Shown here in pieces: positions 1-11,530 of a stretch of 64,000 nt of DNA. Source of the DNA: Verrucomicrobiota bacterium (GTDB lineage Bacteria > Verrucomicrobiota > Verrucomicrobiia > Limisphaerales > Palsa-1400); assembly GCA_049510745.1 (NCBI GenBank), contig JBEKYR010000002.1:218924-282923 (forward strand). The letters run 5' to 3'. Both the position numbers and the translations under genes were made by a program. Each line of letters opens with the position of its first letter. Positions within the stretch are counted from its first letter, which is position 1. A model generated the notes under the pieces. That model did no database searches. It had not been told where the DNA came from and worked only from the letters and a program-made list of their open reading frames with translations.

Positions 1-771
1 CGTCTGGCGGAAGCCAAAAAGGCTGCCCCACGAAACTTTTTTTGTCCTGTCGCCGGCTTGCTGGTCGGCGGCCGCCTGGTCGTCAATATGAATATAATCG
101 TACTCGGCTTTGGAAAGCCGTTTTTGCCGCGCGGGAATTTCGTAAAGCCAAAACCAGAAAATCAGCCAGAAAAAACCCGCCGCGCCGGTCAGAATGAAAG
201 CCATTTTCCATCCCTGCGCGTCCCCGAAATGAATCAGGCACCAGGGAACAAACAAGGCGGAGACCATGGCGCCAAAATTTGAGCCGCTGTTGAAGATGCC
301 GGTGGCCAGGGCGCGTTCGCGTTTGGGAAACCATTCCGCGACGGTTTTGATGGAGGCGGGAAAATTTCCGGCTTCGCCGATGCCGAAGGCGCTTCGGATA
401 AAGATGTGCATCAGGACGAGGCGTCCGACGAAGGCGTTGAGGATTCCAAAAATCGACCAAATGATGAGGGAAAGGGCCAGTCCCAATTTCGTCCCGATTT
501 TGTCAATGACCCAGCCGGCAAGGATGGTCATGCCGGCGTAAAACGCGGTGAAGGCGGAGGTCAAATTGGCAAAGTCGGTGTTCGACCAACCAAAGCCGCC
601 CTGCGCCGCCGGGGAGCAGAAAAACTCCTTCAGGTAGCTGATGACCTGCCGGTCCATGTAATTGACAGTTGTGGCGAAAAACAGCAGGCCGCAGATGACC
701 CAGCGATAGTTGCCGGCGATCAACCCTGGCGCCCCGGCGGTTTCGGGCGCGTCTTTAACCGGGGAGGACAT
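1..771 (-). CDS. MFS transporter, ExuT/hexuronate-type (runs off the window start)
   Basis: Not in the ORF track. Manual translation from ATG 771: MSSPVKDA...YRWVICGLLFFATTVNYMDRQVISYLK...GWVIDKIGTK...GIGEAGNFPASIKTVAEWFPKRERALATGIFNSGSNFGA, typical ACS/ExuT motifs. Confidence 0.85.
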   Translation of the reverse strand, partial: MSSPVKDAPETAGAPGLIAGNYRWVICGLLFFATTVNYMDRQVISYLKEFFCSPAAQGGFGWSNTDFANLTSAFTAFYAGMTILAGWVIDKIGTKLGLALSLIIWSIFGILNAFVGRLVLMHIFIRSAFGIGEAGNFPASIKTVAEWFPKRERALATGIFNSGSNFGAMVSALFVPWCLIHFGDAQGWKMAFILTGAAGFFWLIFWFWLYEIPARQKRLSKAEYDYIHIDDQAAADQQAGDRTKKVSWGSLFGFRQT

Positions 772-785
772 GATTCAGTGTTTGG

Positions 786-2063
786 TCATTGGCCGCCGGA
801 CACAAGGGAAATTTGCGGCACGCGGGCGTCGGCGGGATCGGCCCAGCGGTTGTTCGGGATGGTCGGCGCCCAACCGGGCCGCAACGGGTCCTGGTCGTAG
901 GGATAGCCGCCCAGCCTCTTGTAAAGTTCGGCATACTCCGCCAGCTTGCCGCGGTCGAGGCGGACGCCCAGACCGGGGCCGGAGGGCACGCGGATGGCGC
1001 CGTTCTCGTAGCGCATCTGGCCGCCCTCGATGATGTCGCCGGTCAAATGATGATAATGAGCGTCGGCCGCGAAGGTGAGATTGGGCAGGACGGCGCCGAG
1101 GTGGAGCATGGTCGCCAGTTGAATGCCCAGCTCGCCGGAGGAATGCACGGCCACGCCCAGTTGGAAGGTGTCGCAAACGGCGGCCGCCTTGACGCATTGG
1201 CGGATGCCGCCCCAAAAGGTGGTGTCAAGCAGAATTACATCGACGGCCGTGTCCAGCACGTTGGCCGCCAGTTGCTCGAAGTTCACCACCACCGTGTTGG
1301 TCGCGAGCGGCACCCGCGCCAGTTGCCGGACGCGCCGCATCCCGTTGAGGCCGAAGACCGGGTCCTCCAGGTAATCGTTGTTCAGCCCCTCGATGGCCTG
1401 GGCGAAGCGGATGGACTGCTCGGTGGACCAGACGCCGTTGGGATCGAACCGGAAGCGGTCGCCCGGGAGCGAGGCGGCCAGCGCGCGGTAGCATTCCAAC
1501 TCATAGTCCGGCGGGAACACGCCGCCTTTGAGTTTGTGGGAAGTGAAGCCGAAGCGCCGCTTGTTGGCGGCCGCCTCCGCCACCAGTTGGCCCGGTTCGC
1601 GCACTTCGCCCAGTCCGGTTTTGGCGTTGGGATAGCGGAAGAACAAGTAGGAAGCAAACGGCACCGTGTCCTGCAATTTGCCGCCGAGAATGTCATAGAC
1701 CGGCACGCCCCATTTCTGGCCGAGGATGTCCAGGCAGGCGAATTCCAGCGCGGCCAGCATTTGGGTGCGATTGTTGTAAAGCGAGGCGGTGGGATTGCTG
1801 ATGCGAAAGCGCATCTCCTCCAGCCGCGCCGGATCGTGTCCGGCCAGATACGGCTTGAGCGCGCGCAGGGCCGCTTCGGCCGATTCGCCGCCGCCGCCCA
1901 ATTCGCCCAGGCCGGTGATGCCTTCGTCGGTTTCGACCTCGACGACGGTGCGGACAAAGCGGCCCCAATGACAGCCGTTGGCGTGGCGCAAGGGAGCTTC
2001 CAGGGGGACCGTGACGGTCGTGGCTTTGATGTCGGTGATCTTCATTTTTGACAGGTTGCTCAT
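786..2063 (-). CDS. Enolase-superfamily sugar-acid dehydratase (glucarate dehydratase-like)
   Basis: KLKGG, DPNGVW, LEDP, ATN and HS motifs of the GudD subgroup; adjacent to the sugar-acid MFS gene. Confidence 0.85.
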   Translation of the reverse strand: MSNLSKMKITDIKATTVTVPLEAPLRHANGCHWGRFVRTVVEVETDEGITGLGELGGGGESAEAALRALKPYLAGHDPARLEEMRFRISNPTASLYNNRTQMLAALEFACLDILGQKWGVPVYDILGGKLQDTVPFASYLFFRYPNAKTGLGEVREPGQLVAEAAANKRRFGFTSHKLKGGVFPPDYELECYRALAASLPGDRFRFDPNGVWSTEQSIRFAQAIEGLNNDYLEDPVFGLNGMRRVRQLARVPLATNTVVVNFEQLAANVLDTAVDVILLDTTFWGGIRQCVKAAAVCDTFQLGVAVHSSGELGIQLATMLHLGAVLPNLTFAADAHYHHLTGDIIEGGQMRYENGAIRVPSGPGLGVRLDRGKLAEYAELYKRLGGYPYDQDPLRPGWAPTIPNNRWADPADARVPQISLVSGGQ

Positions 2064-2203
2064 TCAACTGCCAGAACTGACGCGAAAAGCCAAGGAGATT
2101 AGTGGCAGCATGAACGGGCAAGAATGAAGTCAAGCGGCGCAGCGGTCGCGCCGGATGGCGGGTAGCTTATACGAAATACCGCACACAAAAGTCACAACCG
2201 GCA

Positions 2204-2232
2204 TTGACATGGCGAATGAAGTTTTCTAGGTT
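2204..2232 (+). promoter_or_regulatory. sigma70-type promoter
   Basis: TTGACA (2204-2209), 17 bp, TAGGTT (2227-2232); ATG follows 6 nt later at 2239. Confidence 0.6.
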
Positions 2233-2238
2233 TCGCGC

Positions 2239-2397
2239 ATGGCGAAAAAGGCCTCCCGAGAAGAACTCGTTGCCGCGCCCCGGCGAAAATCCTCTGCGCT
2301 GGTGTACAACTGCGACTGGCACGCCGACCATTATTCCAAAGTCATCGGCGACGACATTTTTGGCGAAAATAATTTTCAAAACGAAATCGTTCGGTAA
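2239..2397 (+). pseudogene. Fragment of an N6/N4 (Mod-like) DNA methyltransferase
   Basis: 52-aa ORF MAKKASREELVAAPRRKSSALVYNCDWHADHYSKVIGDDIFGENNFQNEIVR resembles the conserved 'YxHCDWHAxHYxKxxxDxIFGxxNFxNEIxW' segment of such MTases. Confidence 0.65.
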
Positions 2398-2410
2398 AAA
2401 CTGTTCTGCA

Positions 2411-4795
2411 ATGAAATTGGTTAAACACCCCTTCGACGAAGCCGTAATCGCCGAAACGCATCCTTCGCATTACATGATGCACAAGTATTGGGCGCGAAAA
2501 CCGTCGAATGTGGTCGGCCGTTACATTGAGTATTACACGAAGCCGGGTGACATCGTGCTTGATCCGTTTATGGGCAGCGGAGTCACCATTATTGAATCAA
2601 CTCGGCTAGGACGAAATGGGATTGGCGTGGACTTGAATCCAGTCGCTTGCTTCATAGCGCGAATGACGTTGGCGCCAGTTGACATTTTAAAACTTCAGCA
2701 GGCCTATGAGCGTGTTCAAACAGCGGTCAAAGAGGAAATTTACTCAACTTATCTTGTTGAATGCTCGAATGAAAAATGCGGCAAAGGTGCGCTTGCCACC
2801 CATATTGTTTGGCAGCGGGACAAATTTAAGGGTGAAAAAATTTTTCTTTTGAAAGTCGCGTGTCCACATTGCGGTAGGCGCGAAAAACGAAAACCAACAG
2901 ATGCTGATCTTGCAGGTTACGCAAAAGTCTCAAAACAAAAAATTCCATTCTTTTATCCCAAGAATGTCAAACTGCATTCGACTGCCAAGCGCAGCGTCGA
3001 GTGTATTGACCAATTGTTTACCCGTCGCGCTCTGATTAACCTTTCGCATCTTCACCAGGCGATTCAAAAGGAAAACGGCATCTTGCGAGAATTGCTGATG
3101 TTCACGCTGACTTCAACGCTTGCTCAAGTCAGCCGAATGCCGCCATACGCGCCTTCGAGCGGAATCAGTTGGAAAGTTCCAAACTATTGGGTGCCGCCGC
3201 TTCATTGGGAGCAAAATGTTTGGGATGCTTTTGAAGAACGGTTCAAAAAAGTCATCAAAGGCAAAAAAGAATCTGCGGAAATTCTCAAATCAGACAGTGC
3301 AAAGGTTTTCAATGGCGATGCAACCAACTTAAAACTAATCGCATCAGATTCTGTTGACTATATTTTTACCGATCCGCCATACGGTGACGCCGTTCCCTAT
3401 TTTGGTTTATCGTTAATGTGGGCGGCGTGGCTTGGCCTGGACAAGCAATTGGATTTTGAGAAGGAAATTATCGTTTCAGAACGCGGCGATTACGAGCAGG
3501 AGCTTGAAGATTATCGCAGGATGCTCAAGGATGCTTTTGGGGAGATCTTTCGCGTTTTGAGAAACAACGGTACGGTCACGGTGACTTTTCACAACCGCGA
3601 GATTCGCGTCTGGAACGCCTTGGTCGCAGCGGCGTTTGAGGCTGGATTTGTTTATGAAAACGACAATTATGTTTTGCCGGCGGTAAAATCTTCCAAGTCG
3701 CAACTCGCCGCGAGCGGAAGCATGACGGGCGATATCTACATCAATTTCCGCAAACCCGCAAAAGTCCGGGAGCAGCGGGAACTGACTTTTGACGAGGTAA
3801 ATCAAATTATGAGTGATGAGGCGAAGTTGATTATTCAATCGCGTAACGGACAGGCGACGACGGATCAGCTTGCGCGCGGAATTTATTCGCATCTCATCAA
3901 GGAAAATCTTTTCAACAAGGTGCCGAGCACGGACATTCAAAAAGTGTTGATGGGTTTGCCGATTGTCCAAGTCATGCCGAACGTCTGGTCGCTTCATAAA
4001 ACCGAACCAGAAACGATGCTCGCTTATATTCCCCTCACCCGACGCGTGGAGTTCATTGTTGACAGTGTTTTGGAAAGCAACCGCAAGCAAGGCTATGAAC
4101 TGGATGATTTTCTTGTCCCGATTTTCACGCAATTAAAAAATGGTCTGACGCCTGAAGGCAAAGAAATCATGGGGGTTCTTCGGCAGCGTGCCGACGTCAA
4201 ACGCGACAAATGGTATCCGGCACGCGAACACCAGCCGGAATTGATTGCCGAATATGAAGTTCCAAAAAAACAAGTGCTTCCGGAAGAAGATCTGCGCGAG
4301 CATGAGCAGTTTATTTATCAACTGGCGAAGCTGGGAAGGGAATTGGGTTTTGAGATTTGGGTCGGTAGGAACGAGCAGAACAAAAGCGAACTTCTGCAAA
4401 ATTTAAGTGTCAGGCGGCTTGAAATTCCGGGGCTGAACGAGGAATTTATCTCTCAAAACCGGATAGATCAGATTGACTTAATTTGGATGAATTCTGATGA
4501 CGCAAAATATGTTGCCTTTGAAATTGAGAATTCCACAGGTGTCGTTTCGGGAATCAATCGTTTGAGCAATTTGACTGGAAAATTGAAGCATCTCAAAATT
4601 CCGGCTTACGTTGTCATTCCGGATAAATTTCGCAACATGGCGCAGAAAATTTTTGCTTCACCAAGCGGGCGCATTCTCGACAGCGAGCATCGCCGCGTGA
4701 TCGTGTACTCAAAACTGCTTCATCACATTGATTTGTTGCAGAAGAAATTGATTTCACCGGCGGATTTGTTGGAAAGCATTTCAGAGGTGGCATGA
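2411..4795 (+). CDS. Amino-DNA methyltransferase with C-terminal PD-(D/E)xK-like nuclease domain (single-chain restriction-modification candidate)
   Basis: HKYWARKP, motif I DPFMGSG, Cys clusters (CSNEKC, CPHC), motif IV TDPPY; C-terminus IDQIDLIW...AFEIENSTG. Visibly AT-richer than flanks. ATG 2411 preferred over the track's TTG 2204. Confidence 0.8.
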   Translation: MKLVKHPFDEAVIAETHPSHYMMHKYWARKPSNVVGRYIEYYTKPGDIVLDPFMGSGVTIIESTRLGRNGIGVDLNPVACFIARMTLAPVDILKLQQAYERVQTAVKEEIYSTYLVECSNEKCGKGALATHIVWQRDKFKGEKIFLLKVACPHCGRREKRKPTDADLAGYAKVSKQKIPFFYPKNVKLHSTAKRSVECIDQLFTRRALINLSHLHQAIQKENGILRELLMFTLTSTLAQVSRMPPYAPSSGISWKVPNYWVPPLHWEQNVWDAFEERFKKVIKGKKESAEILKSDSAKVFNGDATNLKLIASDSVDYIFTDPPYGDAVPYFGLSLMWAAWLGLDKQLDFEKEIIVSERGDYEQELEDYRRMLKDAFGEIFRVLRNNGTVTVTFHNREIRVWNALVAAAFEAGFVYENDNYVLPAVKSSKSQLAASGSMTGDIYINFRKPAKVREQRELTFDEVNQIMSDEAKLIIQSRNGQATTDQLARGIYSHLIKENLFNKVPSTDIQKVLMGLPIVQVMPNVWSLHKTEPETMLAYIPLTRRVEFIVDSVLESNRKQGYELDDFLVPIFTQLKNGLTPEGKEIMGVLRQRADVKRDKWYPAREHQPELIAEYEVPKKQVLPEEDLREHEQFIYQLAKLGRELGFEIWVGRNEQNKSELLQNLSVRRLEIPGLNEEFISQNRIDQIDLIWMNSDDAKYVAFEIENSTGVVSGINRLSNLTGKLKHLKIPAYVVIPDKFRNMAQKIFASPSGRILDSEHRRVIVYSKLLHHIDLLQKKLISPADLLESISEVA

Positions 4796-5046
4796 ATTCT
4801 TTAACTGACACGGCTCGCTCCGCCGCCCACGTGGATGGCTGGATCGTCGTCCGCATGGAAAGTGGCGCGGAGATTCGATTTCCGGTGGCGGAGAATCCAC
4901 GACTGGCGGCTGGCACGCACCCGCAGTTGAATCATATCGAGATTTCCCCGTTCGGTCTTCACTGGCCTGATCTGGATGAGGACTTGTCTTTTCACGGGTT
5001 GCTCGAAGGCAATCACGGGCAGTTTCAGAACAAGGTTAAGGTCTGA
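4792..5046 (+). CDS. DUF2442-family protein (putative antitoxin)
   Basis: PRL...EISPFGLHWPDLDEDLS signature; ATGA overlap with the upstream gene. Confidence 0.8.
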   Translation: MNSLTDTARSAAHVDGWIVVRMESGAEIRFPVAENPRLAAGTHPQLNHIEISPFGLHWPDLDEDLSFHGLLEGNHGQFQNKVKV

Positions 5047-5098
5047 CGGGCACATTTACCGCCCGTACTGCCGCACAGAGATTCTGAAACATGTGCCC

Positions 5099-5140
5099 GG
5101 CGAGACGCCAGGCACGGCGGGCGCGGACGCCCGCGCTCCC
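5099..5140. repeat. REP-like GC-rich double hairpin
   Basis: GGCG-AGA-CGCC (5099-5109) then GCGGGCG-CGGA-CGCCCGC (5117-5134) followed by GCTCCC. Confidence 0.5.
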
Positions 5141-5246
5141 CAAAGATTGCCAAGGTGCATCGCAACTTCATTGTTGCGATAGTAGTCGTCCGGCAGAATA
5201 GGGCTGACAACGGCGGGCGAGGCCTCTAAGTTGCGGGCGGCGATCT

Positions 5247-6752
<1,506 letters not shown>

Positions 6753-6859
6753 GGAGCTTTTGGCCTTGTGGCTCCGCGCATAAGCGAGTAAACATGAACC
6801 ATAAGGAAGGTGCGCAAAAGGCAGGTCAAGTTCCTGCCCGGAGCGCGATGTTTTGGAAA

Positions 6860-7102
6860 ATGAAGAAGTTATTCGCAGGGCTGGCGGCGGCGCTGTTGCT
6901 GGCCGGGTGCGCTCATCGCTATGATCTGACCCTCACCAACGGCATCCGGGTGACCAATATCAGCAAGCCCGTGCTGGACCGCCAGGCGGGCGTGTACACC
7001 TACAAGGACATCACCGGGCGCCGGAGACAGATTCCCGCCTCGCGCGTGGAGGTAATCGAACCGCATTCCAACAAGAAGGTCACAAACCAGTTTGGGCAAT
7101 AA
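6860..7102 (+). CDS. Small lipoprotein (YgdI/YgdR-like)
   Basis: Lipobox MKKLFAGLAAALLLAG-C; Y.L.LTNG...SKP...Y.YKD..G pattern. Confidence 0.7.
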   Translation: MKKLFAGLAAALLLAGCAHRYDLTLTNGIRVTNISKPVLDRQAGVYTYKDITGRRRQIPASRVEVIEPHSNKKVTNQFGQ

Positions 7103-7691
7103 CAAAACGCTCGACGAACTTGCCCAGCAGGTCGGTTTCCAGGTTGACGGCGTCCCCGACCCGCCGCTCGCTCAAAGCGGTCACCGAGCGGGTGTGCGGA
7201 ATGATCCAAATGTCGAAGCTTTTGCGGCGCGCGGCCGCGACCGTCAGGCTGATGCCGTCCACCGCAATGGAGCCTTTGAAGACGACGTAGCGCATGATGT
7301 CCGGCGGCGCGGCCACCTCCAGCAGGTAATCCTTGCCCGCCTTTTCCCAGCGCACGATTTTTCCCAAGCCGTCGATGTGACCGTTGACGAAGTGCCCACC
7401 CATCCTGTCGCCCACCCGCAAGGCGCGTTCCAAATTGACGCCCGATCCGGGCCGGGCGAATTGCAGATTGGTGCGGCGCCAGCTTTCCTGCAACAGCGCG
7501 AATTGGAGCAGTTTGTCCTTCCCGCGGGCGCGCACTTTTTCCGCCGTCAGGCAGCAGCCGTTGACGGCGAGGCTGTCGCCCGCTTTAAGGCCGCGCCCGC
7601 AGAGGCGGGCGCGCACCCACAATTCAATCGCGGCGGCGGCGGGCCGGATGGCTTCGACGCACCCCGTTTCTTCGACAATTCCGGTGAACAT
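7080..7691 (-). CDS. ribE: Riboflavin synthase alpha chain
   Basis: MFTGIVEE, GDSLAVNGCCLT, VNLERAL, GGHFVNGHIDG, KGSIAVDGISLT. Confidence 0.95.
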   Translation of the reverse strand: MFTGIVEETGCVEAIRPAAAAIELWVRARLCGRGLKAGDSLAVNGCCLTAEKVRARGKDKLLQFALLQESWRRTNLQFARPGSGVNLERALRVGDRMGGHFVNGHIDGLGKIVRWEKAGKDYLLEVAAPPDIMRYVVFKGSIAVDGISLTVAAARRKSFDIWIIPHTRSVTALSERRVGDAVNLETDLLGKFVERFVIAQTGL

Positions 7692-7692
7692 A

Positions 7693-8811
7693 TCAGTGTC
7701 TTTGCGCCGTTTCCGCCGTCCGCGCTGTCAAAAATATATCCGCGCCGAGGCGGCGCCAGACGAGGCCGCGCAACCGGATCCCGTCTTGCAGCCGGGCCGC
7801 GCCTTCGCCCGCAACGGCCTTGGGGGCGGCGCGCCCGCCCAGGACCAGCGGAGCATAAAAGAAGGCGACCCTCTGCGCCAGACCTTGCGCCAAAAAACAG
7901 GCATTGGTCTCGCCGCCGCCTTCCACCAGCAGGGCCGTGACGTTTTCCCGCCCCAACCGATCCAGCAGCCAGCGCAAGTCAATGCCCCCGCCCGCCGTGG
8001 GCGCGGTTAGCACGCGCACCTTTTCGCGCAGGGCATCCACGCGCCGTTGCGGGGCGGCGCGGGTCACGACCACGATGGTCGAGGCGGCGGCGGAGTCGGA
8101 AACGACCTTGGAGCAGAGCGGCGTGCGGGCGCGCGCATCCAGAATGATCCGCCGCCACGGTTTGTCCGCCGTGCCCGGCCTGCGCGCGGTCAAACTGGGA
8201 TCATCGCGCAAAATAGTATTGATGCCGACCAGAATGGCGTCGGCGCCCGCCCTCAACCTCATCCCGCAGGCTTTGGCTCTCTCGCCGGTGATCCACTTGG
8301 ATTCGCCCGTGACGGTGGCGATCTTGCCATCGAGCGACATGGCGGCTTTGACCGTGACGAACGGGCGCCGGCGCACGATCCAATGGTTGAACGCTTCGTT
8401 CAAGGCGGCCGCTTCGTCCGCCAGCAGGCCCGCGCTGACCGCGATGCCGGCCCGCCGCAAAATTTTAAATCCGCGTCCGCAATGGGCCGGATTCGGGTCG
8501 CGCGCGGCGGCGACGATGCGCCGGATGCCGGCGGCGATAATTGCCTCCGTGCAGGGCGGGGTGCGGCCTTGGGTGCAGCACGGTTCGAGAGTCACGAACA
8601 GGGTGCTTCCTTCCGCGCCGCCGTTTTTGCGCGCGTCCGCCAGCGCTTCAACCTCGGCGTGAGGGCCGCCGGCGCGGCGATGCCAGCCCCGGCCAATGAC
8701 GGCGCCATTGCGAACCAGGACCGCTCCGACCATCGGATTGGGCGAGGTGCATCCAAAGCCGCGCCGGGCCAGGCGCAAGGCCAGCCGCATGAAATGCAGA
8801 TCGGACGGCAT
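7693..8811 (-). CDS. ribD: Bifunctional riboflavin deaminase/reductase
   Basis: PNPMVGAV, HAE, TLEPC...PPC, KAAMSLDGK, LLVEGG; ATG 8811 chosen as start. Confidence 0.95.
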   Translation of the reverse strand: MPSDLHFMRLALRLARRGFGCTSPNPMVGAVLVRNGAVIGRGWHRRAGGPHAEVEALADARKNGGAEGSTLFVTLEPCCTQGRTPPCTEAIIAAGIRRIVAAARDPNPAHCGRGFKILRRAGIAVSAGLLADEAAALNEAFNHWIVRRRPFVTVKAAMSLDGKIATVTGESKWITGERAKACGMRLRAGADAILVGINTILRDDPSLTARRPGTADKPWRRIILDARARTPLCSKVVSDSAAASTIVVVTRAAPQRRVDALREKVRVLTAPTAGGGIDLRWLLDRLGRENVTALLVEGGGETNACFLAQGLAQRVAFFYAPLVLGGRAAPKAVAGEGAARLQDGIRLRGLVWRRLGADIFLTARTAETAQRH

Positions 8812-8818
8812 AGAGAAT

Positions 8819-9733
8819 CTATTCCTCCCCAAAGAGCGCGCGGGCGAATTGTTTGGCGTCGAACGGCTGCAAGTCGTCGGGCTTTTCGCCCAGGCCGATG
8901 AATTTGACTGGCAGGCCCAGTTCGCGCTGGATGGCGATGACCATGCCGCCTTTGCTGGTGCCGTCGAGCTTGGCGATGACCAAGCCGGTCAGGGGCACGG
9001 CCTTGTGGAATTCGCGCGCCTGGGTCAGCGCGTTCATGCCGGTGGTCGCGTCCAGCACCAGCAGCGTCTCATGGGGCGCGCCGGGCAGTTTTTTGTCCAT
9101 GACCCGATGCACCTTCTGCAATTCCTTCATCAGATTGTGCTTGGTGTGGAGGCGGCCCGCCGTGTCAACAAACAGATACCCGGCCTGGCGGGCCAGGGCG
9201 GCGGCGATGGCGTCGTGGGCCACGGAGGCCGGGTCCGCGCCGCGCGCGCCCGAGATGACGGGGACATTGACGCGCTGGCCCCACAGTTTGAGTTGCTCGA
9301 CGGCCGCGGCGCGAAAGGTGTCGCAGGCGGCCAGCAGGGCCGTCTGGCCGCGCGCCTGAACCAGGTGGGCCAGCTTGGCGGCGGTGGTGGTCTTGCCGGT
9401 GCCGTTGACGCCGACAAGCGAAACGACGGTCAAGCCCGCCGGTTGCTGGCGCAAGCCCGCGCCCGCCGCAGCCAGGCTGCGCTCGACTTCCGCGCGGGCG
9501 ATGGTAAAAACATCCAGGCCGGCGCGGCCCTGCGTTTCGTAGGAATGTTTGACAGCGGCGATGATTTGGGCCGTCGTGGCCAGGCCGAGGTCGGCGGCGA
9601 TCAACGCGGCTTCCAGCTCGTCGAGGCCGCCAGCGGTTAATTTCGGCGAGGCCGAGACGATGCGTTTGATTTCGTGGGCCAGTTTGCTGTGAGTTTTGAG
9701 CAGGCCCTCTTTGAACTTTTGAAACAGACCCAT
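8819..9733 (-). CDS. ftsY: Signal recognition particle receptor
   Basis: GVNGTGKTTT, DTFRAAA, DTAGR, KLDGTSKGG, GLGEK. Confidence 0.95.
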   Translation of the reverse strand: MGLFQKFKEGLLKTHSKLAHEIKRIVSASPKLTAGGLDELEAALIAADLGLATTAQIIAAVKHSYETQGRAGLDVFTIARAEVERSLAAAGAGLRQQPAGLTVVSLVGVNGTGKTTTAAKLAHLVQARGQTALLAACDTFRAAAVEQLKLWGQRVNVPVISGARGADPASVAHDAIAAALARQAGYLFVDTAGRLHTKHNLMKELQKVHRVMDKKLPGAPHETLLVLDATTGMNALTQAREFHKAVPLTGLVIAKLDGTSKGGMVIAIQRELGLPVKFIGLGEKPDDLQPFDAKQFARALFGEE

Positions 9734-9736
9734 GAA

Positions 9737-10675
9737 TCAGGCGGAATTGGCGGCGGCCGGCCGGGGGCGGCAAGCCCGGTTGAGGCGGGCTTGCTTGAGC
9801 TTTTCCAAATAGACGGCGGCCAGCTTGACGCCGCCGATGAGAGGCTTGCCCTTGCTGTAGCCGTGGCAGTCGGAGCCGCCGGTGACGGCCAAGTTGAGGC
9901 GCCCGGCCATCTTTAAATAATGTTCGGTCATGTCCGCAGTGTGGCGGGTGTGAAAACATTCCATCCCGTCCAGCCCTTGCCCGACCAGGTTGGGAATGAT
10001 GTGGTCGCTGTGGTTGAGCGCCGGATGGGCCAGCACGGCCAGCCCGCCCGCCTGATGAATCAAATCCATGGCCTCCAGGGCGGAGATTTTGTATTTCGGC
10101 ACCCAGGCGGGCCGGCCTTTTTTCAAATACTTTTCAAAGGCCTCGTCCACGCTGGAGCAAAGCCCTTCGAGCACCAGCGCCCGGCCCACGTGCGGACGGC
10201 CCGGAGAATGGCAGTTGGCCAGCTCAAAAACCGACTCGGCCCGCAGGGGCACGCCCAATTTGTTGAGGCGGGAGGCCATTTCCCGGATGCGATTCTGGCG
10301 GACGGTTTGAAATTTTTTGATTTCGCCCAGCAACCGGGGATGTTCCACCTCCAGGAAGTAACCCAGCAAATGCACTTCGTGGCCATCGTATTCGGCCGTC
10401 AACTCCGTGCCGGGGATAAACTCGATGTCCAGGGAGGCGCAAGCCCGGCCCATGCGCCCGCAGCCTTCGACGGTGTCATGGTCGGTCAAGGCCATCGCCA
10501 CCAACCCCAGGCGCCGGCCGCGTTCGGCCAACTCCTCGGGAGTGAAAGTGCCGTCGGAAAAGAGGGTGTGCAGATGGAGGTCGGCAAAGCCAGCCAGCCC
10601 GGAGCGGGGGGCGGCCGCGACCGGTTCCCCTTGCGCTCTGGCTCTTTCGGACTCGATGGCGAGGGAGGGGTTCAT
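9737..10675 (-). CDS. PHP-domain metal-dependent phosphoesterase (TrpH/YciV-like)
   Basis: DLHLHT..SDG, LTDHDT, GRPH, LAHP, GGSDCHG. Confidence 0.9.
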   Translation of the reverse strand: MNPSLAIESERARAQGEPVAAAPRSGLAGFADLHLHTLFSDGTFTPEELAERGRRLGLVAMALTDHDTVEGCGRMGRACASLDIEFIPGTELTAEYDGHEVHLLGYFLEVEHPRLLGEIKKFQTVRQNRIREMASRLNKLGVPLRAESVFELANCHSPGRPHVGRALVLEGLCSSVDEAFEKYLKKGRPAWVPKYKISALEAMDLIHQAGGLAVLAHPALNHSDHIIPNLVGQGLDGMECFHTRHTADMTEHYLKMAGRLNLAVTGGSDCHGYSKGKPLIGGVKLAAVYLEKLKQARLNRACRPRPAAANSA

Positions 10676-11172
10676 TTGCCGATGCGCGTCGGCCGCGACA
10701 ATTCCCCTTTAATCGTGTCCAGGATGCCGTTGACGAACTTGCCACTGTCCTGGGTGGAAAATTTCTTCGCGATATCGACGGCTTCGTTAATGCTCACCAC
10801 GGGTGGAATATCGTCCCGATAGAGCATTTCGTAAATAGCGAGACGCAAGATATTCCGGTCCACGACCGCCATGCGGTTAATATCCCAATTTTGGGCGTGG
10901 GCGGAGATTTTTTCATCCAACTGGGGGCGGTGCTCGAGCACGCCGCGGATCAATCGGTCGGCAAAGAGGCGCGTGGCCACTTCGGCGGCGGTGGGGGGCG
11001 GCAGATCGACTTTTTGGCCCCAGGTGGCGGAGGCCTTTTCCTCGGCGATGGCCGGGGCGCGCTGCGACCCCCAAAAATGGCCGAGCGCCTCCTCCAGATT
11101 GTCCGGAGGATTAAGGTCGTGCTGAAAGAGAAATTGCACGGCCCGCTCTCGAGCTTCACGGCGTTGTCCCAT
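10672..11172 (-). CDS. nusB: Transcription antitermination factor
   Basis: RREARERAVQFLFQ, VDRNILRLAIYE, INEAVDIAKKF, FVNGILD. Confidence 0.95.
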   Translation of the reverse strand: MGQRREARERAVQFLFQHDLNPPDNLEEALGHFWGSQRAPAIAEEKASATWGQKVDLPPPTAAEVATRLFADRLIRGVLEHRPQLDEKISAHAQNWDINRMAVVDRNILRLAIYEMLYRDDIPPVVSINEAVDIAKKFSTQDSGKFVNGILDTIKGELSRPTRIGK

Positions 11173-11530
11173 AGAAGCCAGAATGGCCCCAAAAACCCGA
11201 ATGCAAAAGGAAATTATCGGCTGCCGTTCCCGTTTGAATGGGCTTCGCCCGGCTCAAATCCGGATGTGGCCGCCCTAAAAAGGAAAGTGTGTTCTGCCAA
11301 AAAAATCAAAGTGATGCAAATTCCGGCCTTATTGAACCGTTACCGGACTAACCTGTTGACTATCAGGCCAATAGAGAAACGCTCTTTCCCGGCCGTTTTT
11401 CCTTGCGCCATGTTCATTCGTAAGTATTATCTTCGCGATAAGCCCGGTTAGCCGCGATTCGTTGTTCATCGTACAGTTGACTGGAGCTGTTTTGTTGAAG
11501 CCAATAACACAATAACAATCAGGACCGCCA

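Noticed and set aside
2204..2410. N-terminal extension of the methyltransferase from TTG 2204
   Set aside because: That TTG is the -35 box, and the region is better explained by the 2239-2397 remnant in another frame.
11300..11330. Possible sigma54 promoter (GGCCGGAATTTGC, minus strand)
   Set aside because: GG-GC spacing is 9, not the required 10.
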